A DNA stretch of 55,734 bases from Clostridiaceae bacterium. GTDB lineage: Bacteria; Bacillota; Clostridia; Clostridiales; Clostridiaceae. Both the position numbers and the translations under genes were made by a program. The DNA lies in the NCBI GenBank assembly GCA_041821285.1, contig JBGUER010000002.1, positions 1 through 55,734 on the forward strand. Direction: 5' to 3'. Positions 9,258 through 19,930 of the stretch are shown piece after piece; position 1 is the stretch's first letter, and each line of letters begins with the position of its first letter. The notes beneath the pieces were generated by a model. It saw nothing but the letters and a program-made list of their open reading frames with translations, made no database searches and was not told where the DNA came from.

Positions 9258-10604
9258 TTGGACAAACAAGAAAGATTAGCAAATGAAGATGTAAAGACGC
9301 TATTAATTAAATTTTCTATTCCAGCTATAATAGCTATGCTTATTACTGCACTTTATAATATAGTTGATAGAATATTTATAGGAAAAATAGAAGGGATAGG
9401 GCAATATGCGCTAACTGGTATTGGGCTTACTCTTCCAATAACTACTGTAGTATTAGGATTTTCTATGTTAGTTGGAATAGGGGCAGCTGCAACTATCTCA
9501 ATAAGGCTTGGACAAGGAAGAAAAAAAATTGCAGAAAAGGTATTGGGAAATGCTTTTTCTCTTTCTATAATATTTTCTATAATATTAACTGTAATAGGAC
9601 TTATATTTGTAGATAAATTGTTATATGGTTTTGGTGCAAGTGAAAATACATTTGTGTATGCCAAAGAATATATATATGTAATCCTACTAGGAACTACATT
9701 TAATATGGTAGGATTTAGTATGAACCATACCATAAGGGCTGAAGGCAATCCTAATAGATCGGCAGCAACAATGCTTATAGGTGCAGTTTTAAATATTATT
9801 TTAGATCCAATATTTATTTTTGTATTTAATATGGGTGTGAGAGGTGCTGCAATAGCAACAATAATATCTCAATTAGTTTCTGCCATTTGGGTTATTAGTT
9901 ATTTTTATAATAAGAAAAGTGCTTTAAGATTAAGATATAAAAATATGAAAATAGAATGGCCGATAGCAAAGAGTATATTTGCCATTGGGATGTCTCCTTT
10001 TGCAATTCAAATAGCAGCAAGTGCAGTTTCCATAGTTGCAAATAGATCGCTTAAAATATATGGTGGAGATTTGGCTATAGGGGCTATGACTATAATAAAT
10101 AGTGTTATTTTAATATTTTTAATGCCTATTTTTGGAATAAACCAAGGTTCTCAACCTATTATAGGATATAATTATGGAGCTAAGAAATATGATAGGGTTT
10201 TAAAGACATTAAAATATGCTATATTTGCTGCCACTATATTAGTTTTAATTGGATTTACTATAGTTGAAATTTTTCCAGAAACTATAATAAAGATTTTTAA
10301 TAATGATAAAGAATTAGTAAAAATAGGAACAAGAGGACTTAGAATATATCTTTCCATGATTCCTATTATTGGATTTCAGATAATAAGCACAAATTATTTT
10401 CAATCTATTGGGAAAGCCAAAATAGCTGTGTTTTTAAGCGTATTAAGGCAGGTTATTTTGCTTATACCATTATATATAATTTTACCTACATATTTTGGCT
10501 TAACTGGAGTTTGGCTTGCAGGACCTATATCAGATTTAGGAGCATCTATTATTACTTTTATTTTTTTAATAAGAGAAATAAAAATACTAAAAACAGAATT
10601 ATAA
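9258..10604 (+). CDS. MATE family multidrug/oligosaccharidyl-lipid efflux transporter
   Basis: 448 aa with 12 TM helices and a MATE-type N-terminus (LIKFSIPAIIAMLITALYNIVDRIFIGK). It starts with TTG at 9258, preceded by RBS aggag 8 nt upstream. Confidence 0.8.
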   Translation: MDKQERLANEDVKTLLIKFSIPAIIAMLITALYNIVDRIFIGKIEGIGQYALTGIGLTLPITTVVLGFSMLVGIGAAATISIRLGQGRKKIAEKVLGNAFSLSIIFSIILTVIGLIFVDKLLYGFGASENTFVYAKEYIYVILLGTTFNMVGFSMNHTIRAEGNPNRSAATMLIGAVLNIILDPIFIFVFNMGVRGAAIATIISQLVSAIWVISYFYNKKSALRLRYKNMKIEWPIAKSIFAIGMSPFAIQIAASAVSIVANRSLKIYGGDLAIGAMTIINSVILIFLMPIFGINQGSQPIIGYNYGAKKYDRVLKTLKYAIFAATILVLIGFTIVEIFPETIIKIFNNDKELVKIGTRGLRIYLSMIPIIGFQIISTNYFQSIGKAKIAVFLSVLRQVILLIPLYIILPTYFGLTGVWLAGPISDLGASIITFIFLIREIKILKTEL

Positions 10605-10609
10605 ACACA

Positions 10610-11446
10610 TTATTTATATACAGCAATTGCTTGACTACCTAAGTCACTCCATCTTTTGATAAATAAATCTTTATCAAAAGATTTTTCTTCACCGGAATTA
10701 GGGTCATTAACTATTATAGTATCTTTTGAATATCCCACAATAACATAGGAGTGTTCCTTACCTTTCCAATTAAATAGAGTTTCATCTATATACCAACTTT
10801 TGTTATAAATAATAGGATCCATATTAAGGGTTGCCCAAGCAATCACAGGGTTACCTTTAGTTATATTACTTATTATTTCATCGAAGCTTTTTCCTGTTAA
10901 ATCTATAACATTTGGTGTATAGGATGTTAATAAATCATATATAGGTTTGTGATAAACGCCATATCCTGAATTGCTAAATGGGTCGCCAATGAAATATTGA
11001 TTAGGATCACCACCAATTAAAAGTCCATTTTCAATATAGGGAATAGATGATTTTGGTATCTCTGCTGCAAGAGTTTCCATATCTATGTCTATTCCTATAT
11101 AATTCAATACTATTGTAGTCGCTGTTATTTCACACCCAGTTTTTAGTTTAGGGTGTTGATTTAATTTTGGAACATTTGTTATTTTATAATTATCAATTTT
11201 AGACGCATCTATTTCATCTTTTGCATCAGAAGTTAATTTTGCTTCATTTATTGTTATAGAAACTATTTTGTTGTTTATGCTATTTGAAACATTAGATAAT
11301 AATGCATTGCTCTTATTTGATATTTCATTTAATTTAATTTTAAAATAAGGATTAACCATCATTGCAATTAAATTATTCGCTGATATTACAAATAATACAA
11401 ATAAAATTGCTACATTAATTATTAAAGATATTTTTCCTTTTCTCAT
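10610..11446 (-). CDS. Secreted/membrane-anchored C39-like cysteine peptidase (Peptidase_C39_2, YvpB-like)
   Basis: N-terminal signal anchor (ISLIINVAILFVLFVISA). Candidate catalytic Cys is in KTGCEITATTIVLNYIG and His is in KEHSYVIVGY. This arrangement is characteristic of the C39_2 papain-like family. Confidence 0.55.
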   Translation of the reverse strand: MRKGKISLIINVAILFVLFVISANNLIAMMVNPYFKIKLNEISNKSNALLSNVSNSINNKIVSITINEAKLTSDAKDEIDASKIDNYKITNVPKLNQHPKLKTGCEITATTIVLNYIGIDIDMETLAAEIPKSSIPYIENGLLIGGDPNQYFIGDPFSNSGYGVYHKPIYDLLTSYTPNVIDLTGKSFDEIISNITKGNPVIAWATLNMDPIIYNKSWYIDETLFNWKGKEHSYVIVGYSKDTIIVNDPNSGEEKSFDKDLFIKRWSDLGSQAIAVYK

Positions 11447-11588
11447 GATGAATCTCCTCCAATATTATTATCGTACAAAATTAGTTTAACTTTAAATAAA
11501 ATCTTTATTCAGTTAAAAATAGAGGAATTTTAATAGAAGTAGAGAATATATAAATTTAGTACATTTAATTTTATTAGGAGGATATAAT

Positions 11589-12203
11589 ATGAATGAAATG
11601 TGGAACAATATAGGTGGATTTGAAAAAATATTTTGGATTATAGCTATCCCGAGTACTGCTTTATTCATAGTTCAGATGATTCTTCTTTTAATTGGTTTAG
11701 ATCATGGAGGAGATATACCTGATTTAGAAGATATTCAAGAAGTAGACGGAGTAGATTTTGACCATAGTCCCAATTATGATTTTAATCCTAATGTACCTTT
11801 AAAGCTTTTTACAATAAGAAATACAATAGTTTTTTTTACTGTATTTTCTTGGGCAGGTATTACTGGAATAAGAAATGATTTTAGTAAAATTGGTGTTTTT
11901 GTATTTGCATTTGTGTTATCATTTATTGTAGTTTTAATTCTAAGTTTTGTGTTTTATTTATTATTAAAATTAACTCAAAGAGGAAATGTAAATATAAAAA
12001 ACGCTATAGGTTCAGAGGGAATAGTTTATTACACAATTCCAAGAAAAAATCATGGAATTGGTAAAGTTCAGGTTACATTTCAAGGAGCTTTAAGAGAGTA
12101 TGAAGCAATAACAGATGGCAGGGAAATAAAAACAGGAAGTAGTATTTTAGTAACTGGGATAAAAGATGATATCCTAATAGTTACTTTAAAAAATAAAATA
12201 TAA
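11589..12203 (+). CDS. NfeD-family membrane protein (YuaF/YqiJ-like), partner of flotillin
   Basis: 204 aa with TM helices followed by a C-terminal OB-fold-like beta domain (GKVQVTFQGALREYEAITDG...ILVTGIKDDILIV). It lies immediately upstream of a flotillin gene, the conserved nfeD-floT arrangement. Confidence 0.6.
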   Translation: MNEMWNNIGGFEKIFWIIAIPSTALFIVQMILLLIGLDHGGDIPDLEDIQEVDGVDFDHSPNYDFNPNVPLKLFTIRNTIVFFTVFSWAGITGIRNDFSKIGVFVFAFVLSFIVVLILSFVFYLLLKLTQRGNVNIKNAIGSEGIVYYTIPRKNHGIGKVQVTFQGALREYEAITDGREIKTGSSILVTGIKDDILIVTLKNKI

Positions 12204-12222
12204 ATCAAGGGAGGAATTTGGT

Positions 12223-13626
12223 ATGGAATTACCACAATTAATATTAATAACAGTTATTGCATTAGCTGTATTCATTATTATCTTAGCTTTGTTTGCAAGA
12301 TTCAAAAGATGTCCATCAGATAAGATACTTGTTATATACGGTAAAACAGGGAAATCTCCGGATGGAACAAATAGATCTGCTACATGTATTCACGGAGGAG
12401 CTGCTTTTATATGGCCTGTTATTCAAAGTTATGAATTTTTAGATTTAACTCCTATATCTATAGAGGTAAATTTAACCAAGGCCTTAAGTAAACAAAACAT
12501 AAGAGTAGATGTTCCTTCTACATTTACAGTTGGAATATCAACAGATGATCATATCATGATAAATGCAGCAGAAAGACTTTTAGGTCTTAGTATGCAAGCT
12601 GTTCAAGATTTAGCTAAAGATATTATATTTGGACAGTTGAGATTAGTTATAGCTACTATGGATATTGAAGAAATTAATTCAGATAGAGATAAATTTTTAG
12701 CTAATGTATCTCAAAATGTGGAACAAGAGCTTAAAAAAATAGGTTTGAAATTAATAAATGTTAATGTAACAGATATAAAAGACGAATCTGGATATATATC
12801 AGCGTTAGGTAAAGAAGCAGCGTCTAAGGCTATAAATGATGCTAAAAAGAGTGTTGCAGAGAAAGATAGAGATGGTGCTATCGGAGAAGCAGAAGCTAAA
12901 ATGGATGAGAGAGTTAAAGTATCTAGAGCAAATGCAGAAGCTACAGAAGGAGAAAATACAGCTAAAATAACAGTAGCTAATTCTGAAGCTTTAAGAAGAG
13001 AAAAACAAGCAGAGGCTAATAGAATAGCTATAGCTGCTGAAAAAGTTCAATCCGCTAAAGCACTCGAAGAAGCTTATGCATCAGAGATGCATGCTGAAAA
13101 AGCACGTGCTGAAAAAGAAAGAGCTACAAATATGGCAGACGTTATAGTAAAAGCTGAAATAGATAAACAGAAGATCGAACTTGAAGCAGAAGCTCAAGCT
13201 GAACAAACAAGAAGAAGAGCTAAAGGTGAAGCTGATGGAGTTCTTATGAAAATGCAAGCTCAGGCTCAAGGTACTATGGAAGTTTTAAGCAAGCAAGCTG
13301 AAGGATTTAATAAATTAGTAAATGCTGCAGGTGGTAATGCTCAAGATGCTGTCACTTTAATGATAGCAGACAAGATGGAAGATTTGGTTAAATATCAAGT
13401 TGAAGCTATTAAAAATATTAAGATAGATAAGGTTACAGTATGGGATTCTATGAGTGGAGAAAATAATTCACCAACTACTGCAAATTTTTTATCAGGGATG
13501 TTAAAATCTATACCTCCTTTTGAAGAAATGTTTAATAATATAGGTATGGAACTTCCAAGTTATTTAAAAGGAAAATCACAAGAAAATGAAAAACAGGACA
13601 TAGTAGAAGTAGAAGAAAATAAGTAA
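12223..13626 (+). CDS. floT: Flotillin-like SPFH/band-7 protein (FloT/YuaG-like)
   Basis: 467 aa with an N-terminal TM, an SPFH domain, and a long Ala/Glu-rich coiled-coil repeat region (EAEAKMDERVKVSRANAEATEGE...). Confidence 0.8.
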   Translation: MELPQLILITVIALAVFIIILALFARFKRCPSDKILVIYGKTGKSPDGTNRSATCIHGGAAFIWPVIQSYEFLDLTPISIEVNLTKALSKQNIRVDVPSTFTVGISTDDHIMINAAERLLGLSMQAVQDLAKDIIFGQLRLVIATMDIEEINSDRDKFLANVSQNVEQELKKIGLKLINVNVTDIKDESGYISALGKEAASKAINDAKKSVAEKDRDGAIGEAEAKMDERVKVSRANAEATEGENTAKITVANSEALRREKQAEANRIAIAAEKVQSAKALEEAYASEMHAEKARAEKERATNMADVIVKAEIDKQKIELEAEAQAEQTRRRAKGEADGVLMKMQAQAQGTMEVLSKQAEGFNKLVNAAGGNAQDAVTLMIADKMEDLVKYQVEAIKNIKIDKVTVWDSMSGENNSPTTANFLSGMLKSIPPFEEMFNNIGMELPSYLKGKSQENEKQDIVEVEENK

Positions 13627-13630
13627 TGTT

Positions 13631-13666
13631 TAGCGAGTATACAAATTGTATACTCGCTAAGTTTTC
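13631..13666 (+). terminator. Rho-independent terminator after floT
   Basis: tagcgagtataca / tgtatactcgcta 13-bp stem followed by agttttc. Confidence 0.75.
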
Positions 13667-13690
13667 AAATAAAATTTAGCGAGGAATTTA

Positions 13691-15931
13691 ATGGAAAAAT
13701 CTTTATTTATAACAGAAAAACCATCTGTTGCAATGGATTATATAAAATTACTTAAAATAAATGGGAAAAAACGTGATGGATATATAGAGTCAGATAAAGC
13801 TATTTTTACTTGGTGTGTAGGTCATATGGTAACTATGAGTTATCCAGAAGCTTATGATATAGAATTAAAAAGATGGTCTTTAAAGACACTTCCGTTTATT
13901 CCAAAAACATTTAAATATGAAGTTATTCCAGGAGTGAAAAGTCAATTTGAAAAGGTTAAACCACTTTTGAATAGAGAAGACATTAAAACTATCTATGTTT
14001 GTACTGACTCAGGAAGAGAAGGAGAGTATATATATAGGCTAGTTGATGAGATGGTAGGGGTTAAAGGTAAAGATAAAAAAAGAGTTTGGCTTGACTCTTT
14101 AACAGAAGATGAAGTGAAAAGAGGGATAAGGGAAGCTAAAGATTTAAGTTTTTATGATTCGTTGTCAGATGCAGCGTATTTAAGGGCAAAAGAAGATTAT
14201 TTACTTGGTATAAATTTTTCAAGGCTTTTAACTTTAGTTTATGGAGAAAGTTTAAAAAGATTTACTAAGGAAGATAGTTCTGTTATAGCAGTTGGAAGAG
14301 TTATGAGCTGCGTTTTATCCATGGTAGTAGAGCGTGAAAGAGATTTTAGGAATTTTATTAAAACTCCATTCTATAAAATAAATGCTAGTTTTAATGTAGA
14401 TGAAAATTCAGATTATAAAGGTGATTTTAAAGCAGATGAGGTGTCAAAATATTTTGAGTCTGTAGTTTTGTATAATGATGGCGGATTTAAAACTAAGGAA
14501 GATGCTGAAAAGTTGATAGAAGAGTTAAAAAAAGTGGAAGAAAATGATATCTTTGTTGATAAAATAATAAAATCAAAGGAAAACAAAAATCCACCTCTGT
14601 TATTTAATCTTGCAGAAATTCAAAATGAATGTGCTAAAAGATTTAAGATAAATCCAGATGAAACTTTAAATGTTATTCAAAATCTTTATGAAAAAAAATT
14701 AGTTACATATCCAAGAACTGATGCTAGGGTAATATCTACGGCGGTAGCTAAGGAAATAAATAAAAATCTAGTCAAAATAAACAAATTTAGTTTACCAGAA
14801 ATAAAAAATATAACAAAGAAAATATTAGAAAATAAATGGTATGCAGGACTGGAAAAGACTAAATATGTGGATGATAAAAAAATAACAGACCATTATGCTA
14901 TTATTCCTACAGGTGAAGGGTTTGAAACTTATAATTCGCTTAATAAATTAAATAAAGATATATATGAAGTTATATTAAGAAGATTCCTTGCTATATTTTA
15001 TCCAAGAGCAGAGTTTTCCAAAATGACTATAATTACAAAAATAGGGAAAGAACATTTTTATACTATGGATAAAGTGTGTAAAAACAAAGGTTTTTTAGAG
15101 GTATTAAGTAAAGATGAGAAACAAGAAAATAACAGTAAAGAATTTTTAAAAAACCTAAAAAAGAATCAAAGAGTTAAATTATTAGATTTAGAGTTAAAAG
15201 AGGGAGAAACTTCTCCTCCTAAAAGATATAATTCTGGTTCTATAATACTTGCTATGGAGAATGCTGGAAAGCTAATTGAGGAAGATGAGTTAAGGGAGCA
15301 GATAAAGGGTCAAGGTATAGGAACTAGTGCAACTCGCGCTGAAATATTAAAAAAATTAGATAAAATAAAATATATTAAAATAAATAATAAAAATCAAATC
15401 ATAACCTCGACACAAAAGGGTGAATTTGTTTATGAAGTTATAAAAGATTCAGTTCCAACTTTATTAAATCCAGTATTAACTGCAAGTTGGGAAAAAGGAC
15501 TTACTTTAGTAGCTGAAAAAAAGCTAACTAAAGAAGAGTTTATGGATAAACTTAAGGAATATATAAATAAGAATTTTAGTAATGCTCTAAGGCATAATGG
15601 AGTATTTGATATAAATAAAATATATAAAACTATTTTAAATAAAGATAATGAAATATTAGATGAAGAAGAAAAAGTTTTAGGTGTATGTCCTATTTGCAAA
15701 AAAGGAGTAGTTGTAAAAAATAAAAAAGGCTACGGTTGTTCTAATTGGGAAAGTGGATGTAAGTTTTTCGTAGGAGAAATATGTGGTGTTATCATTGAAA
15801 AGCAAGAAATAAAAAATTTAATGAAATATGGTAAAACACATATAATATCCGGATTTAAATCTAAAAAGGGAAATGAATTTTCTACAAGACTAATAATAAA
15901 AAACAAAAAAATAGAATTTGATTTTAAATAA
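13691..15931 (+). CDS. topB: DNA topoisomerase III (type IA) with C-terminal zinc-ribbon
   Basis: 746 aa. It has an N-terminal TOPRIM domain (MEKSLFITEKPSVAMDYIKLL), a conserved type IA core, and C-terminal Cys motifs (CPICKKG...CSNWESGC). Confidence 0.85.
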   Translation: MEKSLFITEKPSVAMDYIKLLKINGKKRDGYIESDKAIFTWCVGHMVTMSYPEAYDIELKRWSLKTLPFIPKTFKYEVIPGVKSQFEKVKPLLNREDIKTIYVCTDSGREGEYIYRLVDEMVGVKGKDKKRVWLDSLTEDEVKRGIREAKDLSFYDSLSDAAYLRAKEDYLLGINFSRLLTLVYGESLKRFTKEDSSVIAVGRVMSCVLSMVVERERDFRNFIKTPFYKINASFNVDENSDYKGDFKADEVSKYFESVVLYNDGGFKTKEDAEKLIEELKKVEENDIFVDKIIKSKENKNPPLLFNLAEIQNECAKRFKINPDETLNVIQNLYEKKLVTYPRTDARVISTAVAKEINKNLVKINKFSLPEIKNITKKILENKWYAGLEKTKYVDDKKITDHYAIIPTGEGFETYNSLNKLNKDIYEVILRRFLAIFYPRAEFSKMTIITKIGKEHFYTMDKVCKNKGFLEVLSKDEKQENNSKEFLKNLKKNQRVKLLDLELKEGETSPPKRYNSGSIILAMENAGKLIEEDELREQIKGQGIGTSATRAEILKKLDKIKYIKINNKNQIITSTQKGEFVYEVIKDSVPTLLNPVLTASWEKGLTLVAEKKLTKEEFMDKLKEYINKNFSNALRHNGVFDINKIYKTILNKDNEILDEEEKVLGVCPICKKGVVVKNKKGYGCSNWESGCKFFVGEICGVIIEKQEIKNLMKYGKTHIISGFKSKKGNEFSTRLIIKNKKIEFDFK

Positions 15932-15965
15932 ATCCACCTTAACAAGGTGGATTTATTAATTTTCA
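15932..15965 (+). terminator. Rho-independent terminator after topB
   Basis: atccacctt / aaggtggat 9-bp stem with a 3-nt loop, followed by ttattaatttt. Confidence 0.7.
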
Positions 15966-16016
15966 CAAATTAAGTGGGTGTACTATGTGCTATTTGTAAA
16001 TGTTTAGATTATCGTG

Positions 16017-16046
16017 TTGACAAGATAAATGGTTATATTGTATTAT
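16017..16046 (+). promoter_or_regulatory. Sigma-A-type promoter for the epimerase/GH130/sulfatase operon (-35 ttgaca, 18-nt spacer, -10 tattat), with candidate operator ttaccgataaacta at 16057-16070
   Basis: Consensus hexamers read directly from the sequence. The operator-like motif recurs at 20975 and 21135 (see findings). Confidence 0.45.
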
Positions 16047-16091
16047 TAAAGTAAAGTTACCGATAAACTAATTTCAAGGAGTGCTTAGATT

Positions 16092-17267
16092 ATGAATATA
16101 AATGAGTTTAAATCAGAGTTGAGTGATCATATTTTACCATTTTGGATAGAGTTAAAAGATGAAAAACATGGAGGCTTTTATGGAGAAGTAGATTATTACT
16201 TGAATGTAAATAAAGAAGGAGGTAAAGGTGGGATTGCAACAGCTAGATTTTTATGGTCATTTTCTGCAGCATATAATGCTACACAAAATAAAAAGTATTT
16301 AGATATTGCCAAGCATAGTTACGATTTTTTAGTAAATAAAGTAATAGATAAAAAAAATAAAGGTATATATTGGATGCTAAATTTTCAAGGAGAGTCTATA
16401 GATACTAGAAAACATATATACGCTCAAGCTTTTGGAGTTTATGCTTTAAGTGAATATTATATGGCTACTAAAGATGAAGAAGCATTAAATTATGCTATGG
16501 ACTTATTTAATATAATCGAAAATTTGGGATATAACATAGAAAAAAATGCTTATAAAGAAGAATTTGACATGAAGTGGAATGAAACTAGCAATGAGATGCT
16601 TAGTGAAAATGGAGTAATAGCAAGTATTACTACCAATACTCATCTACATGTATTAGAAGCTTACACTAATTTATATAAAATATGGCCTTCGGAAAATTTA
16701 AAACAGCGACTTGAAAATTTAATTTATATATTTTATGAAAAAATATATAATGATGAAACCCAACACCTTAAAGTTTTTTTCGATAAAAACTGGGAGGAAA
16801 TCATAGATTTAAAATCATATGGACATGATATAGAAGCTAGTTGGCTTATTGATGAAGCAATGAAAGTAGTGGAGCTTAAAGATGAGAAAATAAGTAAGAT
16901 GATTTTAGATATAGCTTGTAACATAGAAGAAAATGCTATTGATGCGGATGGAGCTATATTAAATGAAAAAGAAAATAATGTAATAGATCATACAAAGGTT
17001 TGGTGGGTACAATCAGAGGCTATAGTAGGTTTTTATAATGCTTATGAAAATAGTCAAGATGAGAAATTTTTAGAAGCAATAGAGAAAGTCTGGGATTATA
17101 CTAAAAAGAATATTATAGATAAAAGAAGTAATGGAGAATGGGTTTGGTCAGTAGAAACGGACGGTAGCAAAACAATAAGAGATATAGCAGAACCGTGGAA
17201 AACACCATATCACAATTCAAGATTATGTTTAGAAATGATGAAAAGGATGGGTGAAAATGATAAATAA
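16092..17267 (+). CDS. N-acylglucosamine 2-epimerase (AGE) superfamily enzyme, likely cellobiose/mannobiose 2-epimerase
   Basis: 391 aa. The AGE-family (alpha/alpha)6 signature at the N-terminus is [24 protein letters not shown]. It is co-operonic with a GH130 phosphorylase, the classical epimerase-phosphorylase mannan pathway. Confidence 0.7.
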   Translation: MNINEFKSELSDHILPFWIELKDEKHGGFYGEVDYYLNVNKEGGKGGIATARFLWSFSAAYNATQNKKYLDIAKHSYDFLVNKVIDKKNKGIYWMLNFQGESIDTRKHIYAQAFGVYALSEYYMATKDEEALNYAMDLFNIIENLGYNIEKNAYKEEFDMKWNETSNEMLSENGVIASITTNTHLHVLEAYTNLYKIWPSENLKQRLENLIYIFYEKIYNDETQHLKVFFDKNWEEIIDLKSYGHDIEASWLIDEAMKVVELKDEKISKMILDIACNIEENAIDADGAILNEKENNVIDHTKVWWVQSEAIVGFYNAYENSQDEKFLEAIEKVWDYTKKNIIDKRSNGEWVWSVETDGSKTIRDIAEPWKTPYHNSRLCLEMMKRMGENDK

Positions 17268-18435
17268 TAAGTATTTTGAAGTAGCTAAAAAACAGGAAAA
17301 ATTATTAACAAGAAAAAATAGTGTTAAAGAGAGTTTCTATAACGGGATATATGATAAATATGAACATCCTGTTATAACTAGAAATCATATACCCGTAAGT
17401 TGGAGGTTTGATTTAGATGAAGAAACTAACCCTTATTTTATGGAGAGACTTGGCGTAAACGCTACGCTAAATGCAGGAGCTATTTTCTATGAAAATGAGT
17501 ACTATTTAGTGGTTAGAGTTGAAGGACTTGATAGAAAATCCTTTTTTGCTTTAGCAAAAAGTCCAAATGGAATAGATAATTTCAGATTTATTGATAGACC
17601 TATAGTTTGGGAAGATATAGATGAAGAAGAAACTAATATATATGATATGAGATTAGTTAAACATGAAGATGGGTGGATTTATGGGATATATTGTTCCGAA
17701 AGTAAAGATAAAAGCGCTCCTAGGGGAGACACTTCTTCTGCTATAGCCAAAGCTGGGCTTGTAAGAACTAAAAATTTAAAAGAATGGTTTAGACTTCCAA
17801 ATGTTATTACATCTTCACCTCAACAAAGGAATGTAGTGTTACATCCTGAATTTGTGGATGGTAAATATGCGTTTTATACTAGACCTCAAGATGGATTTAT
17901 ATCAACAGGAAATGGGGGAGGGATAGCTTTTGGGTTATGTGAAGATATATTGAATCCCAAAATAGACAAAGAAACTATTATAGATGAGAAAAAATATCAT
18001 ACAGTATATGAATTAAAAAATGGTCAGGGACCAGCTCCTATAAAAACAGATAGAGGATGGATTCATATAGGTCATGGCGTTAGAAATACTGCGGCAGGGT
18101 ACAGGTATGTATTATATGTTTTTGCAACTAGTTTAGAGGACCCTTGTAAAATAATAGCAAAGCCAAGTGGTCATTTTATTGCACCTTATGATGATGAAAG
18201 AGTTGGAGATGTTTCTAATGTTGTATTTTGTAATGGTGCAATAGTAGACGAAAACAAGGATGTTTTCATATATTATGCATCAAGCGATACTAGAGTTCAT
18301 GTTGCGAAGACAAATTTAAATAAACTTATTGATTATGCGTTTAATTCACCAAAAGAAGAATTTCGTTCTCTTGATTGCGCTAAGCAAAGGATAAAATTGA
18401 TAGAAAATAATAAAAGAATTCTTAATAATATTTAA
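17251..18435 (+). CDS. GH130 family glycoside phosphorylase (4-O-beta-D-mannosyl-D-glucose phosphorylase-like)
   Basis: 394 aa with a GH130 beta-propeller sequence pattern and no signal peptide. It overlaps the epimerase gene by 17 nt. Confidence 0.75.
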   Translation: MKMINNKYFEVAKKQEKLLTRKNSVKESFYNGIYDKYEHPVITRNHIPVSWRFDLDEETNPYFMERLGVNATLNAGAIFYENEYYLVVRVEGLDRKSFFALAKSPNGIDNFRFIDRPIVWEDIDEEETNIYDMRLVKHEDGWIYGIYCSESKDKSAPRGDTSSAIAKAGLVRTKNLKEWFRLPNVITSSPQQRNVVLHPEFVDGKYAFYTRPQDGFISTGNGGGIAFGLCEDILNPKIDKETIIDEKKYHTVYELKNGQGPAPIKTDRGWIHIGHGVRNTAAGYRYVLYVFATSLEDPCKIIAKPSGHFIAPYDDERVGDVSNVVFCNGAIVDENKDVFIYYASSDTRVHVAKTNLNKLIDYAFNSPKEEFRSLDCAKQRIKLIENNKRILNNI

Positions 18436-18448
18436 TGGGTTTAGGTGA

Positions 18449-19861
18449 TTGAAAATGAAAGAACTAAAAAGACCTAATGTGTTAATAATATATACGGACC
18501 AACAAAGATTGGATTCAATAAAATGTTATGGAAACAACATAGCTTATACTCCTAATATAGATAGCTTAGCAAAGCAAGGAGCAAAGTTTGATAAATATTA
18601 TGTTCAAAATCCAGTGTGTATGCCAAGCAGGATGAGTTTTTTAACTGGTCAATATCCTGCTTCCTTAGGTATAGGAGACAATGGCATATCCTTACCAGAA
18701 GATACGTTAACAATAAATAAAATTATTAACCCCTATGGTTATCATACAGGTCAGATTGGGAAACTGCATTTTAAACCGCATGTAAGTAGAGACCATAGGG
18801 ATCCCCTTCCTCCATATGGCTTTGATACTTTTATTTTATCAGATGAGCCAGGATGTTATAATGATGCTTATACTAAATGGGTTGAGTCAATAAATGGTAA
18901 TATGGTAGATAAAATCAGAACATCGCTTCCTCCAGCAGCTTTTAATTATGGACATGAATCCTATAGCAATGTTGGAAGAGAAACAAATGAGCCATATATA
19001 TTTGAAGGAGAAGAAGAGTATACACATAGTTCATTTGTAGCTTCAGAAACATGCAGATTTTTAAGAAATCACAAAGATGAACCTTTTTTTGCGATTTCCG
19101 GATTTTATGCACCTCATCCACCCATAAATCCTCCAAAAAAATTTGTAGATTTATATGATATATCTAAGATAGATTTGCCTAAAATGGGGAATGATGAAGA
19201 GCTATGCAATGAATTAAAAGACCTTTCAGATGATGAAATTAAAAAGATCATTCAGTATTATTTAGCATTAGCTTCTCATGTAGATGATTGTGTTGGTGAT
19301 ATTTTAACTGCTTTAAAAGAATTAGAGCTTGAAGAAAATACTATAGTTATATTTACAACAGACCATGGAGAATATCTAGGAGATCACGGAAGAATTCAGA
19401 AGGGAATGCCAGGACATGACGTTATTGTTAATGTTCCGTTTATTATTAGATATCCAAGACATATTAAAGCAGAAACTGAGATAAAAGAACTTGTAGAGGC
19501 TGTGGATGTTGTGCCAACTATTCTTGATTATTTAGGAATTCAAAAACCTAGAATAGTTCAAGGAAAATCTTTTAAACCTGTTTTAGATGGAAAAATTAAA
19601 GAACATAGAGAAGATGTATTTATTGAAAGATTTAATAATAAAGGATTTAGAGAAACTACTGTAGCTACAAAAGAATACAAATATTATATTAGTTCTCAAG
19701 GAGAAGAAATACTTTATGATTTGATAAATGATAAGTATGAACTTATAAATTTAGTAGATAATATTGAGTATGAAAATATAAAATCTTTGATGAGAAAAAG
19801 AATGCTACTTAGGATGCAAAATTCATCCTATAAAAAATTAGATAAAGATGGTGAATATTAG
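18449..19861 (+). CDS. Cys-type sulfatase (arylsulfatase family), cytoplasmic
   Basis: 470 aa. The N-terminus LIIYTDQQRLD and the formylglycine signature PVCMPSRMSFLTG (C-x-P-x-R-x4-TG) are present. There is no signal peptide. Confidence 0.85.
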   Translation: MKMKELKRPNVLIIYTDQQRLDSIKCYGNNIAYTPNIDSLAKQGAKFDKYYVQNPVCMPSRMSFLTGQYPASLGIGDNGISLPEDTLTINKIINPYGYHTGQIGKLHFKPHVSRDHRDPLPPYGFDTFILSDEPGCYNDAYTKWVESINGNMVDKIRTSLPPAAFNYGHESYSNVGRETNEPYIFEGEEEYTHSSFVASETCRFLRNHKDEPFFAISGFYAPHPPINPPKKFVDLYDISKIDLPKMGNDEELCNELKDLSDDEIKKIIQYYLALASHVDDCVGDILTALKELELEENTIVIFTTDHGEYLGDHGRIQKGMPGHDVIVNVPFIIRYPRHIKAETEIKELVEAVDVVPTILDYLGIQKPRIVQGKSFKPVLDGKIKEHREDVFIERFNNKGFRETTVATKEYKYYISSQGEEILYDLINDKYELINLVDNIEYENIKSLMRKRMLLRMQNSSYKKLDKDGEY

Positions 19862-19930
19862 AATAGGATGATGTATAATTAACATGTTAGTTAAAAGTAA
19901 AGTAAATTATACATCTTTGGAGGATTCTAT

